Part shown: piece after piece, positions 23,849 through 36,750 of the stretch
How positions within the stretch are numbered: the stretch's first letter is position 1
Layout of the letters: every line of letters starts with the position of its first letter
Assembly: GCF_006345805.1 (NCBI RefSeq)
Contig: NC_043023.1
Location: 16,802,001-16,866,000, forward strand
Reading direction: 5' to 3'
Origin: Octopus sinensis
Taxonomy: Eukaryota
DNA length: 64,000 nt
Notes under the pieces: model-generated
Database searches by the model: none
Told to the model about the DNA's origin: nothing
What the model saw: the letters and a program-made list of their open reading frames with translations, nothing else
Program-made: the position numbers and the translations under genes

Positions 23849-25180
23849 TTATGGTTTCCCCCCTGTATGTGTATGCGTGTGTCTGTTCAACTGATACCTT
23901 TGAGAAAATGATTTACCACAGATCTCACAATGATAAGGTTTCTCACCAGTATGAAGGCGATTGTGAGAAACCAATTGACTATTACTAGCGAATGATTTAC
24001 CACAGATATCACAGCGATATGGTCTCTCTCCTGTATGAGTAAGACTGTGCCTAGTCAAGTTGCTACTTACAGAGAATGATTTACCACAGATATCACAATG
24101 ATAAGGTTTGTCTCCTGTATGTGTACGTTTGTGCCTACTCAAGTGGTTACTTAGAGAGAATGATTTACCACAGATATCACAGTGATATGGTTTTTCTCCT
24201 GTATGTGTAGGCTTGTGATCAGTCAAGTTATTGCTGTGAGAGAATGATTTACCACAGATATCACACTGATAAGGTTTCTCTCCTGTATGTGTACGCTTGT
24301 GAGAAACCAATTCACTATTACAAGAGAATGATTTACCACAGATATCACAATGGTATGGCTTCTCTCCTGTATGAATACGTTTGTGTCTTTGTAAGGCACT
24401 ACTTACAGAGAATGATTTACCACAGATATCACAGTGATAAGGTTTCTCTCCTGTATGAAGGCGATTGTGAGTAACCAATTGACCATTACGAGAGAATGAT
24501 TTACCACAGATTTCACATTGATATGGCTTCTCTCCTGTATGAATGCGATTGTGATCAACCAAATGACTTTTACAAGAGAATGATTTACCACAGATATCAC
24601 ACTGATATGGCTTTTCACCAATATGAATCTTCTTATGGTTAGTTAAAGCTTTACGTTCACAGAATGATTCACCACAGATATCACAATGATAAGTTTTCTC
24701 ACCAGTATGTGAAGGCTTGTGATTAGTCAAGTGATGACTTTGAGAGAATGATTTACCACAGATATCACAGTGATATGGTTTCTCTCCTGTATGTGTACGT
24801 ACGTGATCAGTCAAGTGATGACTTTGAGAGAATGATTTACCACAGATCTCACAATCATATGGCTTCTCTCCGGTATGTGTATGTTTATGAACAGTCAAGC
24901 TATTCCTTTGAGAGAATGATTTACCACAGATATCACAATGATAAGGTTTCTCTCCTGTATGTGTACGTATGTGATCAGTTAAGATATTGCTTACAGAGAA
25001 TGATTTACCACAGATCTCACAATGATAAGGTTTCTCTCCTGTATGTGTACGTTTGTGTCTAGAAATGTCACTACTGTAAGAAAATGATTTTCCACAGATA
25101 TTACAGTGATATGGCTTTTCCTCTTTATCAAGGTTTTCTGATACAGTTAAATTATTCATTTTGAGAGAATTACTTATCAT
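23849..25180 (-). CDS. C2H2 zinc-finger protein (ZNF-2A), 15 fingers
   Basis: 15 tandem fingers with TGEKPY linkers; the track starts at a GTG (25189), first in-frame ATG is 25180; candidate acceptor tttcctatttcag puts the last exon start at 25456. Confidence 0.93.
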   Translation of the reverse strand: MISNSLKMNNLTVSENLDKEEKPYHCNICGKSFSYSSDISRHKRTHTGEKPYHCEICGKSFSVSNILTDHIRTHTGEKPYHCDICGKSFSQRNSLTVHKHTHTGEKPYDCEICGKSFSQSHHLTDHVRTHTGEKPYHCDICGKSFSQSHHLTNHKPSHTGEKTYHCDICGESFCERKALTNHKKIHIGEKPYQCDICGKSFSCKSHLVDHNRIHTGEKPYQCEICGKSFSRNGQLVTHNRLHTGEKPYHCDICGKSFSVSSALQRHKRIHTGEKPYHCDICGKSFSCNSELVSHKRTHTGEKPYQCDICGKSFSHSNNLTDHKPTHTGEKPYHCDICGKSFSLSNHLSRHKRTHTGDKPYHCDICGKSFSVSSNLTRHSLTHTGERPYRCDICGKSFASNSQLVSHNRLHTGEKPYHCEICGKSFSQRYQLNRHTHTHTGGKP

Positions 25181-25758
25181 ACACTTCACAATGATAAAGT
25201 GTTTTTCATTTCCATGAATACATTTCTGTTCACTTTTGTCACTTCATTCAGATAACAATTTAATGCAATGTTTCTTCCATACATTCCACAGAAAGAAAAA
25301 TATTTCGCTGTTCCTTGTTATAGACTGTATTTATATACAGAGGTAGACTTATTCATGAATGCTCCTTATAAATATACTGTCTTCCTTTAGGTGATGAGAA
25401 TATCAAAGACACTTCTGAATGGAGAGATTTCCTTCACGTCAACATGTTGTGATAATCTGAAATAGGAAAAGAAGCAGTAAGATAAAACTGGATAGTTCAC
25501 CAACATAAGTAAATAAACATTGCAGATTTTATATCACTACCATTGTCATGCATTTACTGTCCATGCTTGCATAAGTAGATTGAGTTGGAAGGAGTTAGAA
25601 GCTAATGGGAATGGAGCTAGCCAAAACGAAAATATAGTGGGCATAACATGACCAGAGTAGTGAGTTGATGCCATACAGAATTTCGCAGAGCAAAGTTGCC
25701 ACAAGTGAAATGCTGACTAATTAAAACTCCCACTTCTCTTCATGGGCACTGAACTTAC

Positions 25759-25935
25759 CTCTAGGATCCATATATGCCCACCCCGATGGGCTGGAGAATG
25801 ACATAGCAGAACCGTGCTATGGTGTAACAACTAAAATAGCTTTCCTGACTTGCTACAATATTAAATACTGGTAGAATCTCTAAGATGCCGGATTAATTGC
25901 TTAACAGCATTTCGTTCGTAAATAGCTTTGTCAAA
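25759..25935 (-). other. Putative 5' UTR exon of ZNF-2A
   Basis: Bounded by acceptor ttttatctctag and donor gag|gtaagt on the minus strand; retained in copy B (about 42748-42925). Confidence 0.45.
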
Positions 25936-26480
25936 CTAGAGATAAAAGCAATCAGGAATGGGAGTGTGTCTGTGCATTGTTTATTTCTCTTCAATCAGGT
26001 ACACACTGTGAGGGCGAGTACGATCGATCATTTGGGCATCTAGATGCCCCTCCCACCTAACCAGGAGTCCCTTATCTGAAGACCAGCTTGCTAGCAAGCC
26101 CACAGTGAAGGTCCCTCTTTATATTTTGTCTGTCATGAGTTGGTGCCCCAAACGTCTTTCCTTTCAAAGTATGACTTCCACTGAGGTCGACTTTCATCCT
26201 TTCGAGGTAAATAAAAGAAGCAGTAGAGCACTCGAGTCCCTGAAATTAATTTGTCCCCTTCCTACAAATTTCAGGTTTTTTACTTAAAAATACTAAAAGA
26301 AAAATCATTATTATTATTATTATCATCAACGTTAATATTTTATAAACCCCAAAAAGTAGAGTCGGCTCATGGAGCAAAATCCTGACTCCAAATACATCTT
26401 ACAATTTCATGAGTCCTTCATTAAAAAAAGGGACAACGGTAATTATTCTCCTTCCTCTCGCAGGGGTTACGACCACTCAC

Positions 26481-26581
26481 GGAAATGGCGACACACGTCT
26501 TTGTGAGCAGGGAGGATCTCCTCAGTAGAATCAATAGCTGCAAACCCTCTGAACACCTCACGGGTTGTGTCCGGGTAGAAT
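26481..26581 (-). promoter_or_regulatory. Putative first exon / TSS region of ZNF-2A with a YY1-like motif
   Basis: Donor cc|gtgagt (26480-26475), AAATGGCG at 26483-26490, locally raised CpG content. Confidence 0.35.
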
Positions 26582-26748
26582 GGATATAATTCGCCTCTAC
26601 CCATCTATAGACAGAGATTTTCTTGTGGGGTGCTTGTAAAGACAAGAACATTACATACGTTGGTGAGACATCTAGAAGCATTGCAGGGGGATGAAATAAA
26701 AATTAGAGGCAGCATGACCACATAACCAGTCCTCCATACTCTACCAAA

Positions 26749-27128
26749 GGTACCACTCATAAAGAATGGTCCCGTTGCGCGCACTCGTGCTAGTCCGTCG
26801 TAACTGGTCGATCCTTCAACGACTACCTAGCGCGAGTATGCAAATTAACAGATGCGCGCATAATAATATATGTATATAATGGCTGAATATATATAAAATA
26901 AAATGGGTTTTGTCTTAAACAAAGTAAATAAAAGACTCAACAAAAGAAATTACTTACTTTGTGTTTTATTTTTCTTTTCTTTGTTTAAAAAAAATTATTT
27001 GCTAAAAAAAACCTCATGTCTAGCGAATGCGAGTGTGATTTTAGTCACGCACTCGCGTTACGTAGTCTTTGTAAGATCGACTAGTCATGACTAGCTAGCA
27101 CCGGGACCACACTTGTAGAAAAGTACCC
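26749..27128. mobile_element. Family G MITE-like element
   Basis: tggtcccgttgcgcgcac...tggtcgatcct / aagatcgactagtc...gcaccgggacca. Confidence 0.55.
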
Positions 27129-27132
27129 ATAT

Positions 27133-27186
<54 letters not shown>

Positions 27187-27470
27187 ATATTATATATATA
27201 TATATATTATATGTAAATATATATATATAATATATGTAAATATATATATATATATATTATATGTAAATATATATATATTATATGTAAATATATATATATA
27301 TATAGTAAATATATATATATTATATGTAATATATATATATATATAGTAAATATATATATATATGTAAATTATATATATATATATGTAATATATATATATA
27401 TATGTAAATATATATATATATATGTAAATATATATATTATATGTAAATATATATATATATATATATTCAT
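27129..27470. repeat. Long (TA)n/(TATGTAAA) low-complexity tract; similar tracts at 29386-29735, 46490-46600 and 62360-62760
   Basis: Direct inspection. Confidence 0.97.
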
Positions 27471-27837
27471 ACGTCTGTATATGTATGTATGGCGTTTACG
27501 CGCATCCTTTTGTGTATGTTGATATATATATGTGGATTTTAATATAAATATGTATTGCAGTATTTATAACAGGTTTAATTTCTATGCATTAATTTGTACT
27601 GTCTTCATTAACGGCAATAGGTTTTTTCCTCGGTTTTTTTCCTCGGATTTTATAATTTTTATAATTTTTATAAGTTTTTTTATATATATATACATATATT
27701 TTTGACCTTTTGTTTATCGCTCGAAGATTGACCGTTTTTTCTAAAGGGCCAATCAAACAAGTACATTTCTTTTTAAAGGTGTAGCGTTTGTAAGAGTATA
27801 GATTGAATTAATATATATTGTTCCATTCTAGCAAAAA

Positions 27838-27875
27838 CTGTCTGATGAACGGCAACGAGAAACTCAGAGTAACAG
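27838..27875 (+). ncRNA. Minimal hammerhead motif of the same family as the 445-bp array
   Basis: ctgt-CTGATGA-acg(gcaa)cga-GAAA-ctcagag-TA-acag; closing pair of helix II is A/A; downstream sequence resembles that of the array. Confidence 0.6.
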
Positions 27876-27914
27876 ATTTTGTTGAATTTTCTGCTTTAAA
27901 TAAAGTATATATTA

Positions 27915-27961
<47 letters not shown>

Positions 27962-29452
27962 TATATATTTCATATATATATATATATATTGTATGTATAA
28001 GCATAAATCCATATATATACATACGTGTCTATTCATGCAAGCTGCCGCATACAGACACATGCACAGCAACAACAAAGAAACAGCTCCAATAATGGACAAG
28101 GTCAAGAACCAGTGAAGAGGTTGCAAGAATTAAGGAATATTTTAGAAAATAAATAACGAACGGTCCTCAAAAGTAAAACCCCCGAATTGTTTTGCCCCCA
28201 AATTCCTACCTTCTTCGAATCTATATCGTCCGAGGTATATTTGTAGAAAATTCATTTAAAAATATGACATCTATTTTCTTGAAAGTTAAGAAGAATTGAA
28301 GTTGACGCCGCTGAATTTTCCGAAACTCCTCACACCAAAAGCACTTTCCTACAAAAGTTTGTACATTCGGAATCTACATACTATAACAAATATTCGTAGA
28401 ATATTTAATTAAACTTACGATCATCCAAAGTGGTGGGGCATGAATCTGTAGTTATGCCGGTTCTCCGTTCGTTTTTACTCGTTAATCACAACGTTTTCTT
28501 CTCATTTTACAAATAAATTTCCTCTATATCACATCTAACATCCGATCATAGGTTTTCACAAGCAACAAACCAACATTTCAGTTTGGAAGTTATTAATTAA
28601 GACGAGGTACGTTCTGAGTTCAAATTCCGTCGAGGCTGACTTTAACCTTTTATTCCTTCTGGGTGGATAAATTAAATACCAATCAAATATTGGAGCCGAT
28701 GTAATCGACTATTGACCTCCCTCAAATTTCAGGTCTTGTATCTAAAGCCTTAAAGTAAATCTTTGTCAACTTACCCTGTTCAGATAGAAACTGCGAGTCA
28801 GCGATCGCTAATTACGCACCTTAATTAATAATTGGAGCTTGGTCGATGTAGTGTAGAAGTTATTTCCCTTTATATGATTGCATTTCTTGAATTCTCCACT
28901 AGATGTCTCTACTGATGGTGGGTTCGTTCCAGCATTTTTGTCTGTTCCCTTATATTGTTGTCTGTTCCCCAGCAGTGTAACCAAAACAAAACGAAACGAA
29001 ATGCTGTAATGTGGATGGAAGCACTCCGTCGGTTACGACGACGAGGGTTCCAGTTGATCCGATCAACGGAACAGCCTGCTCGTGAAATTAACGTGTAAGT
29101 GGCTGAGCACTCCACAGACACGTGCACCCTTAACGTAGTCCTCGGGGATATTCAGCGTGACACAGAGAGTGACGAGGCCGGCCCTTTGAAATACAGGTAC
29201 AACAGAAACAGGAAGTAAGAGTGAGAGAAAGTTGTGGTGAAAGAGTACAGCAGGGATCACCACCATCCCCTGCCGGAGCCTCGTGGAGCTTTAGGTGTTT
29301 TCGCTCAATAAACACTCACAACGCCCGGTCTGGGAATCGAAACTGCGAGTCAGCTGCCCTAACCACTAGGCCATTGCGCCTCCACTATATATATATATAT
29401 ATAGATATATATATATATATATATATAGATATATATATATATAAATACATTA

Positions 29453-29508
<56 letters not shown>

Positions 29509-29734
29509 TATAAATACATATATATATATATTATATATAAATACATATATAATATATATTAAATACAATATATAATTATATAAATACATATTATATATAT
29601 ATATAACTCCATATTATATAAATACATATATATAATATAAAATACATTATAATAATATATATATATATACATACACATATATATATATATATATATCTTT
29701 ATATATATATATTATAATATATTATTATATATAT

Positions 29735-30225
29735 AAACAAAGACAGAATGCGATAAAATAAATTTAATTATTATGCTGGTGTTTCTAGCACAGGCCATAT
29801 ATTATTCATATATAGTACATTAAGCGGCGAAGTATGTACTAGAAACACAGAAGCTTGATAAATTTAGTGAAATGAAAATAAAAACTTTTACTAACTCGGT
29901 TCTTTTAGACTGCAGTTTCGCCTTTTTCAGCAATAAAAATATTTATTTGCCTCAGGTAGGCTCTTCAGTAAGATTCCTGTTATCTTAAATCCAACCCGAT
30001 AGACAACATGGCGTCTACTGATTTGCTCTTTCTAACTAATCAGATCACTGCGGCAGACGCAGAACGTACCCGACAAACTAGGGATTTCTGGTATAAGTCT
30101 AACGCTCAAAATTATCGAGAAATAGTAAACAAAGACAGAATGTGATAAAAATAAATTTATTATTATCGCTGGTGTTTCTAGCACAGGCCATATATTATTC
30201 ATATATAAGTACATTAAGTGGCGAA
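29735..30225 (-). mobile_element. Hammerhead-carrying element with about 100-bp direct repeats (393-bp period), PLE/retrozyme-like
   Basis: aaacaaagacagaatg...ggcgaagta at 29735-29835 and 30128-30225 flanking the hammerhead at 29904-29973. Confidence 0.55.
29904..29973 (-). ncRNA. Type I hammerhead motif with canonical core and GUC triplet
   Basis: ctta-CTGAAGA-gcct...aggc-GAAA-ctgcag-TC-taaa; G10.1-C11.1 pair, palindromic helix III, helix I 3 bp plus a mismatch. Confidence 0.72.
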
Positions 30226-30497
30226 GTAGTAGTATATATATATATATATATATTATATAAAGGTTAATCCAAACAAGGAAAGACACAAAAAAATACAACA
30301 ACGCGAGGACGTGGAACAAATATAGTATTATTGGATGCTCAGGAAAGAAGGAAAGAAGGAAAGTTAAACGTTTCGAGCGGAGCTCTTTGTACGGAAACAT
30401 AGGAGAGGAAAGATCCAGAGATATATGTTAGAAGTATTGGGGGTGATGTACAGATTTATACATATGAAAGAAAAAAGGTTTCAGAATGCTGGCTGGT

Positions 30498-30552
<55 letters not shown>

Positions 30553-30917
30553 ATTATATATAAACGGCAGTTTGTCTGTGTGTGTTTCTGTGTGTCTGTT
30601 AGGTTGTACCCTCACCTGACCACGGCTTTCAACCGATTCTGATGAAACTTGACACAAAATAGCCAATCTCATAATTCAAAACTACGCAGCGAAAATTTTG
30701 AAAAGTTCCCCCAGTTCTGAAAAAAATCGATAAATTCGACATGGGGGTCGGAATCAGAAAAACACAAACCACAGACTGTCTAGGGGACGCAACTCGACCT
30801 TTTAACTAAAAAAAAAATTTACCCTCATTTTTTATTCCATTTTTTGGCTATAACTCTCTAAAAAATGCTTTATAGTTATTTCCCTTACAAACCCGACAAC
30901 GCGGGCGATACTGCTAG
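30553..30917 (+). mobile_element. Non-autonomous Helitron (subtype 2)
   Basis: Same 3' hairpin-CTAG|T, different interior; 5' end merges into (TA)n. Confidence 0.72.
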
Positions 30918-31459
30918 TATATATATATATATATGGGGTCTATACATTTGCTAAAAATTCAAGGTGGTGCCCCAGCATGGTCGCAGTGAAAAGATAAAAA
31001 ATTTTGCTGAAAGTAACACATGCACTGGTTAGCTGCCACTTCATTATTATTTGTCAACTGGTTAATTGTCCAACAAACTTATCAATTATTTGCTTAACTT
31101 GCTAATTGATATTGGCGAAATAACTCACTGTAGACACAACAAAATTTGTTTGAACACACTAATTCACATAATTTTGCAACTCGGATACAAAAACTAAGTA
31201 TATATATATATATATATACTCTTTACTCTTTACTTTTTTACTCTTTTACTTGTTTCAGTCATGTGACTGCAGCCATGCTGGAGCACCGCCTTTTTAGTCT
31301 AGCAAATCGACCCCAGGACTTATTCTTTGCAAGCCTAGTACTTATTCTCTTGGTCTCATTTGCCGAACCGCTAAGTAACGGGGATGTAAACACACCAGCA
31401 TCGGTTGTCAAGCGATGTTGGGGGGAACAAACACAGACACACAAACACACATACACACA

Positions 31460-31496
<37 letters not shown>

Positions 31497-31758
31497 TATA
31501 TATATATATATATATATGACGTTCTTCTTTCAGTTTCCGTCTACCAAATCCACTCACAAGGCTTGGTCGGCCCCAAGGCTATAGTAGAAGACACTTGCCC
31601 AAGGTGCCACGCAGTGGGACTGAAACCAGAACCGTATGGTTGGTAAGCAAGATACTTACCACACAGCCACTCCTACGCCTATATATATAAGTTCTATTTA
31701 CTTATATATAATTCTTCCATGGGTGCAAGTAAGTATCTCATTTATTTCCTTATCGTAT

Positions 31759-31820
31759 TTATCGCTGATGAAGAGAAAATTCTAATTGAATTAACTCAGA
31801 AATTGGAACCGATCCGGTAA
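31759..31820 (+). ncRNA. Hammerhead-like motif (atypical helix II closure)
   Basis: ttatcg-CTGATGA-agag..aattc(taatt)gaatt..ctca-GAAA-ttggaaccga-TC-cggtaa; helix I 6 bp with one GU. Confidence 0.5.
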
Positions 31821-32059
31821 TAACGAAATTTTTTAGCAATTTCTATCGGCTTGCTTTCGAGACGCGAGCTTATAGTGATAAATTATATGGTTATTGACGA
31901 ATAAGTCTATTTCGGTATATGGCATTAGAGTTTTTTTCTTTTGCCCTTGTTTATAAGTTGTTTATAAAATTTAACCTTTAAAGGTATTTTCTTAATATGC
32001 TGGCCATTGATAAAATTTTTTCGAAAATTTTTATCCTATATTAGATATTTATATATACT

Positions 32060-33128
32060 CTTTTACTCTTTTACTTGTTTCAGTCATTTGACTGCAGCCA
32101 TGCTGGAGCACCGCCTTTAGTCGAGCAAATCGACCCCGGGACTTATTCTTTGTAAGCCCAGTACTTATTCTATCGGTCTCTTTTGCCGAACCGCTAAGTG
32201 ACGGGGACGTAAACACACCAGCATCGGTTGTCAAGCAATGCTAGGGGGACAAACACAGACACACAAAAATATATATATACATATATATGACAGGCTTCTC
32301 TCAGTTTCTGGCTACCAAATCCACTCACAATGCTTTGGTCGGCCTGAGGCTATAGTAGAAGACACTTGCCTAAGGTGCCATGCAGTGGGACTGAACCCAG
32401 AACCATGTGGTTTGTAAGCAAGCTACTTACCACACAGCCACTCTTGCGCCTATATACGATGGGTTCTTTCAGTTTCCATCTACCAAATCCACTCACAAGG
32501 CTTGGTCGTCCTGAGGCTATAGTAGAAGACACCTGCCCAAGGTGCCACGCAGTGGGACTGAACCCGAAACCATGTGGTTTGTAAGCAAGCTACTTACCAC
32601 ACAGCCACTCTTGCGCCTATATACGATGGGCTTCTTTCAGTTTCATCTACCAAATCCACTCACAAGGATTTGGTCGGCCCGAGGCTATAGTAGAAGACAC
32701 CTGCCCAAGATGCCACGGAGTGGGACTGAACCCGAAACCATGTGGTTGGTTAGCAAGCTACTTACCACACAGCCACTCCTGCGCCTATAATATATACGAC
32801 AGGCTTCTTTCAGTTTCCGTCTACCAAATCCACTCACTAGGCATCGGTCAGCCCGAGGCTATAGTAGAAGACACCTGCCCTAGGTGCCATGCAGCGGGAC
32901 TGAACCCTGAACCATGTGGTTGGCAAGCAAGCTACTTACCACACAGCCACTCTGCGCCTATATACGATGGGCTTCTTTCAGTTTCCATCTACCAAATCCA
33001 CTCACAAGGATTTGGTCGGCCCGAGGCTATAGTAGAAGACACCTGCCCTAGGTGCCACGCAGTGGGACTGAACCCGAAACCATGTGGTTGGTGAGCAAGC
33101 TACTTACCACACAGCCACTCCTGTGCCT
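32060..33128 (-). repeat. Tandem array of about five SINE-A 5' halves followed by one tail (duplicate at about 52015-53085)
   Basis: About 160-170-bp head units separated only by tatat linkers. Confidence 0.85.
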
Positions 33129-34345
33129 TATATATATATATATAATATATATAAATAAAAATTTTAAAACAAAAAATAAAACTTCTTCCAGAAACCACAT
33201 TCCTGTTGTTTATTACCCAGAAATACTAAAACATGAAGCAAAAACGACTCAATCCCTTGCTCTTTTTATCCCCCATGAGGCGGCGATAGCTATTATAGAA
33301 ATCTACCATACAGGTTAATATATATCTGCCAGGGGTCACTTAACATAATGGTAGAGTGCTTAACCAGTGTTTAAGAAGTACAGGGTTCGACTCTCTGTAG
33401 AGCATGCTGGTCACACTCTTTTGGTCTGTTTGACATGATGTAATATGTACAAGGACTTCATCATATTCCAGTGTCTGCTGAGGCATGGTTTCTATGGTGC
33501 TATGCCTTACCTAATGCCAGAATGGACTGGATGCTTTTTATGTGGCACCAACACCAGTGGGGTTTGCTTTGGCATGGTTTCTTATTTCTTTATTGCCCAC
33601 AAGGGGCTAGACATAGAGGGGACAAACAAGGACGGACAAACGGATTAAGTCGATTACATCGACCCCAGTGCGTAACTGGTACTTTATTTATTGACCCCGA
33701 AAGGATGAAAGACAAAGTCGACCTCGGCAGAATTTGAACTCAGAACGTAATGACAGACGAAATACCTATTTCTTTACAACCCACAAGGGGGCTAAACATA
33801 GAGGGGGCTAAACATAGAAGGGACAAACAAGGACAGACAAAGGGATTAAGTCGATTATATCGACCCCAGTGCGTAACTGGTACTTTATTTATCGACCCCG
33901 AAAGGATGAAAGGCAAAGTCGACCTCGGTGGAATTTGAACTCAGAACGTAACGACAGACGAAATACCTATTTCTTTATTACCCACAAGGGGCTAAACATA
34001 GAGGGGACAAACAAGGACAGACAAAGGGATGAAGTCAATTACATCGACCCCAGTGCATAACAGGTACTTTATTTATTGACCCAGAAAGGATGAAAGGCAA
34101 AGTCAACCTCGGCGGAATTTGAACTCAGAACGTAACGGCAGATGAAATACCGCTAAGCATTTCGCCTGGAGTGCTAACGTTTCTGCCAGTTTGTCACCTT
34201 AGCATGGTTTCTATGGATGGATGATCTTCCCGATGCCAACCACTTCACAGAGTGCAGTGAGCGCTTTTTTGAGATCACCACTATTGAGGTCAACATGCAT
34301 CTTGCTGATGAACCCTGTATAATGAAGGTATGTCAGATTCTATCC

Positions 34346-34572
34346 GGCGGCGAGCTGGCAGAATCGTTAGCACGCCGGGCGAAATGCGTAGCCGTATTTC
34401 GACTGTCATTACGTTCTGAGTTCAAATTCCGCCGAGGTCGACTTTGCCTTTCATCCTTTCGGGGTCGATTAAATAAAGTACCAGTTTCGCACTGGGGTCG
34501 ATATAATCGACTTAATCCCTTTGTCCTTGTTTGTCTCCTCTGTGTTTAGCCCCTTGTGGGTAATAAAGAAAT
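34346..34572 (+). mobile_element. tRNA-derived SINE family C (representative)
   Basis: ggcggcgagctggcagaatcgttagc head, gagttcaaattcc B box; other copies at 4190-4402, 9836-10244, 33585-34200, 39246-39470, 53530-54520 and 59500-59722. Confidence 0.85.
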
Positions 34573-34575
34573 ATA

Positions 34576-35076
34576 TCTATATATATAAAACTCTAGTTGT
34601 GTGAGTGTCTGTCCCCTTCGATTTAGATTCCTAACTCCTCCCACATTTTGCGGTGCAGTTTAACCAAATTCGGGTATCTTATAGTCGTGATTCATATCGA
34701 GCCCGTCTGACTATTAGCGCGCGTCAACGATGAGTCTACGATTTTAAAAATAATTTAACATCATTTTTTATTCCATTTTAATGCATAAAATGCATCGTGT
34801 GTCGATGGCGGCGGGTTGGCGTCAACCTCCAGCTGCACCTGTTTTCTTCTCCCCCTTTCCCTCCCTCGTGAAGCTGTGGGGAAGGAGTGTAAAGAAATCA
34901 ACGTCGTAATGCGTTGTGAAGGAAACCAGCGTTCTTTTAGAACAACGACTCATGGCTTGAAGACACCAAAACAAAATGGCTAAGAAAGCCCGAATTTATA
35001 AGGGAAGTAACTCTCTAAAAATGCTTATATAGTTATTTCCCTTACAAACCCAAGCAACGCCGGGCGATACTGCTAG
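34576..35076 (+). mobile_element. Non-autonomous Helitron (subtype 1)
   Basis: A|TC start, subterminal GC hairpin, CTAG end. Confidence 0.8.
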
Positions 35077-35929
35077 ATATATATAAAGTGTTCTAATAAA
35101 TGTTATGTTCCCATTAAATCAGGGTTGTTCACCAAATGCTCTTTGCTCTTTTTTTTTGTCTTTCAGATTTGACGATCGACGAACAAGGATCAAGTGTTTG
35201 GTGGATTAATAGCCATTTCCTCTGTCCTGTAAAATAACCCCCAACCAATTAATGATGTAAATTGTGGCTCAAATGAAATATTTAATGATGAAAGGATGGA
35301 AGATCGACCCTGAAATATGTACTCACCTTATTTTACCCCCAAGACATTAGTATTTACCTTAATATTCATATTACCACACGATATAATGTAATTATCTGCG
35401 CTAATTACTAACATACAAAATCAAGCGGTGCTGTTGACAATTTGCCGTCACCGAATGACTCCGGTGACATTAGTTACAAGTCCCTAATATAAATTTAACT
35501 CATTCGCGGAGTGGTTGGCGTTAGGAAGGGCATCCAGCCGTAGAACACTGCCAGATCAGACTGGGCCTGATGCAGCCTTCTGGCTTCACAGACCCCAGTT
35601 GAACCGTCCAACCATGCCAGCATGGAAAGCGGATGCTAAATGATGATGATGAGGATGATGATGATGATATATATATATAATATTCCGATTCATAACAGAA
35701 TTTACAAACTCTGTGCTGGAATGACCATCATAAATACTACTGGAACCTTAATCACAAGTACAGGAATCTTATATGTATAACCTTCTGCCTAAATAATAGA
35801 ACTTAAGATACAATATCCCTGCATATCTCATGTCTATTTTCATTCCTCCACTTCACTCTCTATTCTCTCTATCGTATCTTATCTAAATTAACTATGACTT
35901 AACCATTTTCTCACACCGTCTCTCATCGA

Positions 35930-35978
35930 GGTCTCCGATGAAGGGATATAATAATATCCTTGAAACAGCTGTAAGACC
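35930..35978 (+). ncRNA. Type I hammerhead motif, U4C variant
   Basis: ggtct-CCGATGA-agggatat(aata)atatcctt-GAAA-cagctg-TA-agacc; helix I 5 bp, helix II 8 bp, palindromic helix III. Confidence 0.7.
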
Positions 35979-36051
35979 TTCTATTTATAAATTTCTGAAA
36001 TCTTTACACCCATAGATTTTTATCCATCACTCTGTTAATTTATATATATAG

Positions 36052-36750
36052 TCCGAGAAGGGACTTGCACCAGCACAGATCTGGTCAGTGGCTCTCAGCA
36101 GGTTGTCCCTTAGAACGTCCAGTTGCCCTCTACCCCACTGTGATACTCTATCCCCTTCTACTTCGTTAAAGGTTCAAGTAGCATGTCCCTAAATCTCTGT
36201 CCATTCGCAGGATCCTTAAGCTTCCAGATCCTTCTTCTCCATGTGGTCGTCTTCTGGTGTCCTCCTAGTCCTGATCCTAAAGTCACTAACTACCACAGTC
36301 TATGTTGTGGGGTACATTCTTCACCTGGGAAGTTTTGGCATTTATAAGCAGCCATCTCTCCCTTTGCTTGCAAGGATGTAGTCAATTTGGCTGGTATGTT
36401 GGCCCGATCGGTAGGTGACTAGGTGGCTTGTAGGTTTCCTGAAGTTAGTGTTGCAAAACATAAGATTATTTGCATCGCAGAACTCTCAGCAGCCTGGTTC
36501 CCTCCTCGTTGCGGGAACCATAACCGTAGCCTCCATGTACGCCATGAAGCCCCCAGCATGTCGTCCACGTGACCCTTGAAGTCACCAGCCACAAAGAGAA
36601 GGTCTCTGTCGTTCGTCAACGAGGTAGTCTGCATTAGAGTGTCATAGAATCAGTCTTTCTGTCCATCGGGTAGCCCCGACTGAGGAGCATAGGCTGATAT
36701 AATGGTTGCTAACTATGATGAAGCACTAATCTAATCTTAAGTATTCTGTC
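36052..36750 (-). mobile_element. Frameshifted duplicate of the RTE endonuclease fragment
   Basis: Collinear with 55995-56712 but with many 1-bp deletions. Confidence 0.85.

Noticed and set aside
24244-25062. Plus-strand ORFs MIYHRYH... (also 8753-9623 and 41748-42062)
   Set aside because: Antisense shadows of zinc-finger codon repeats
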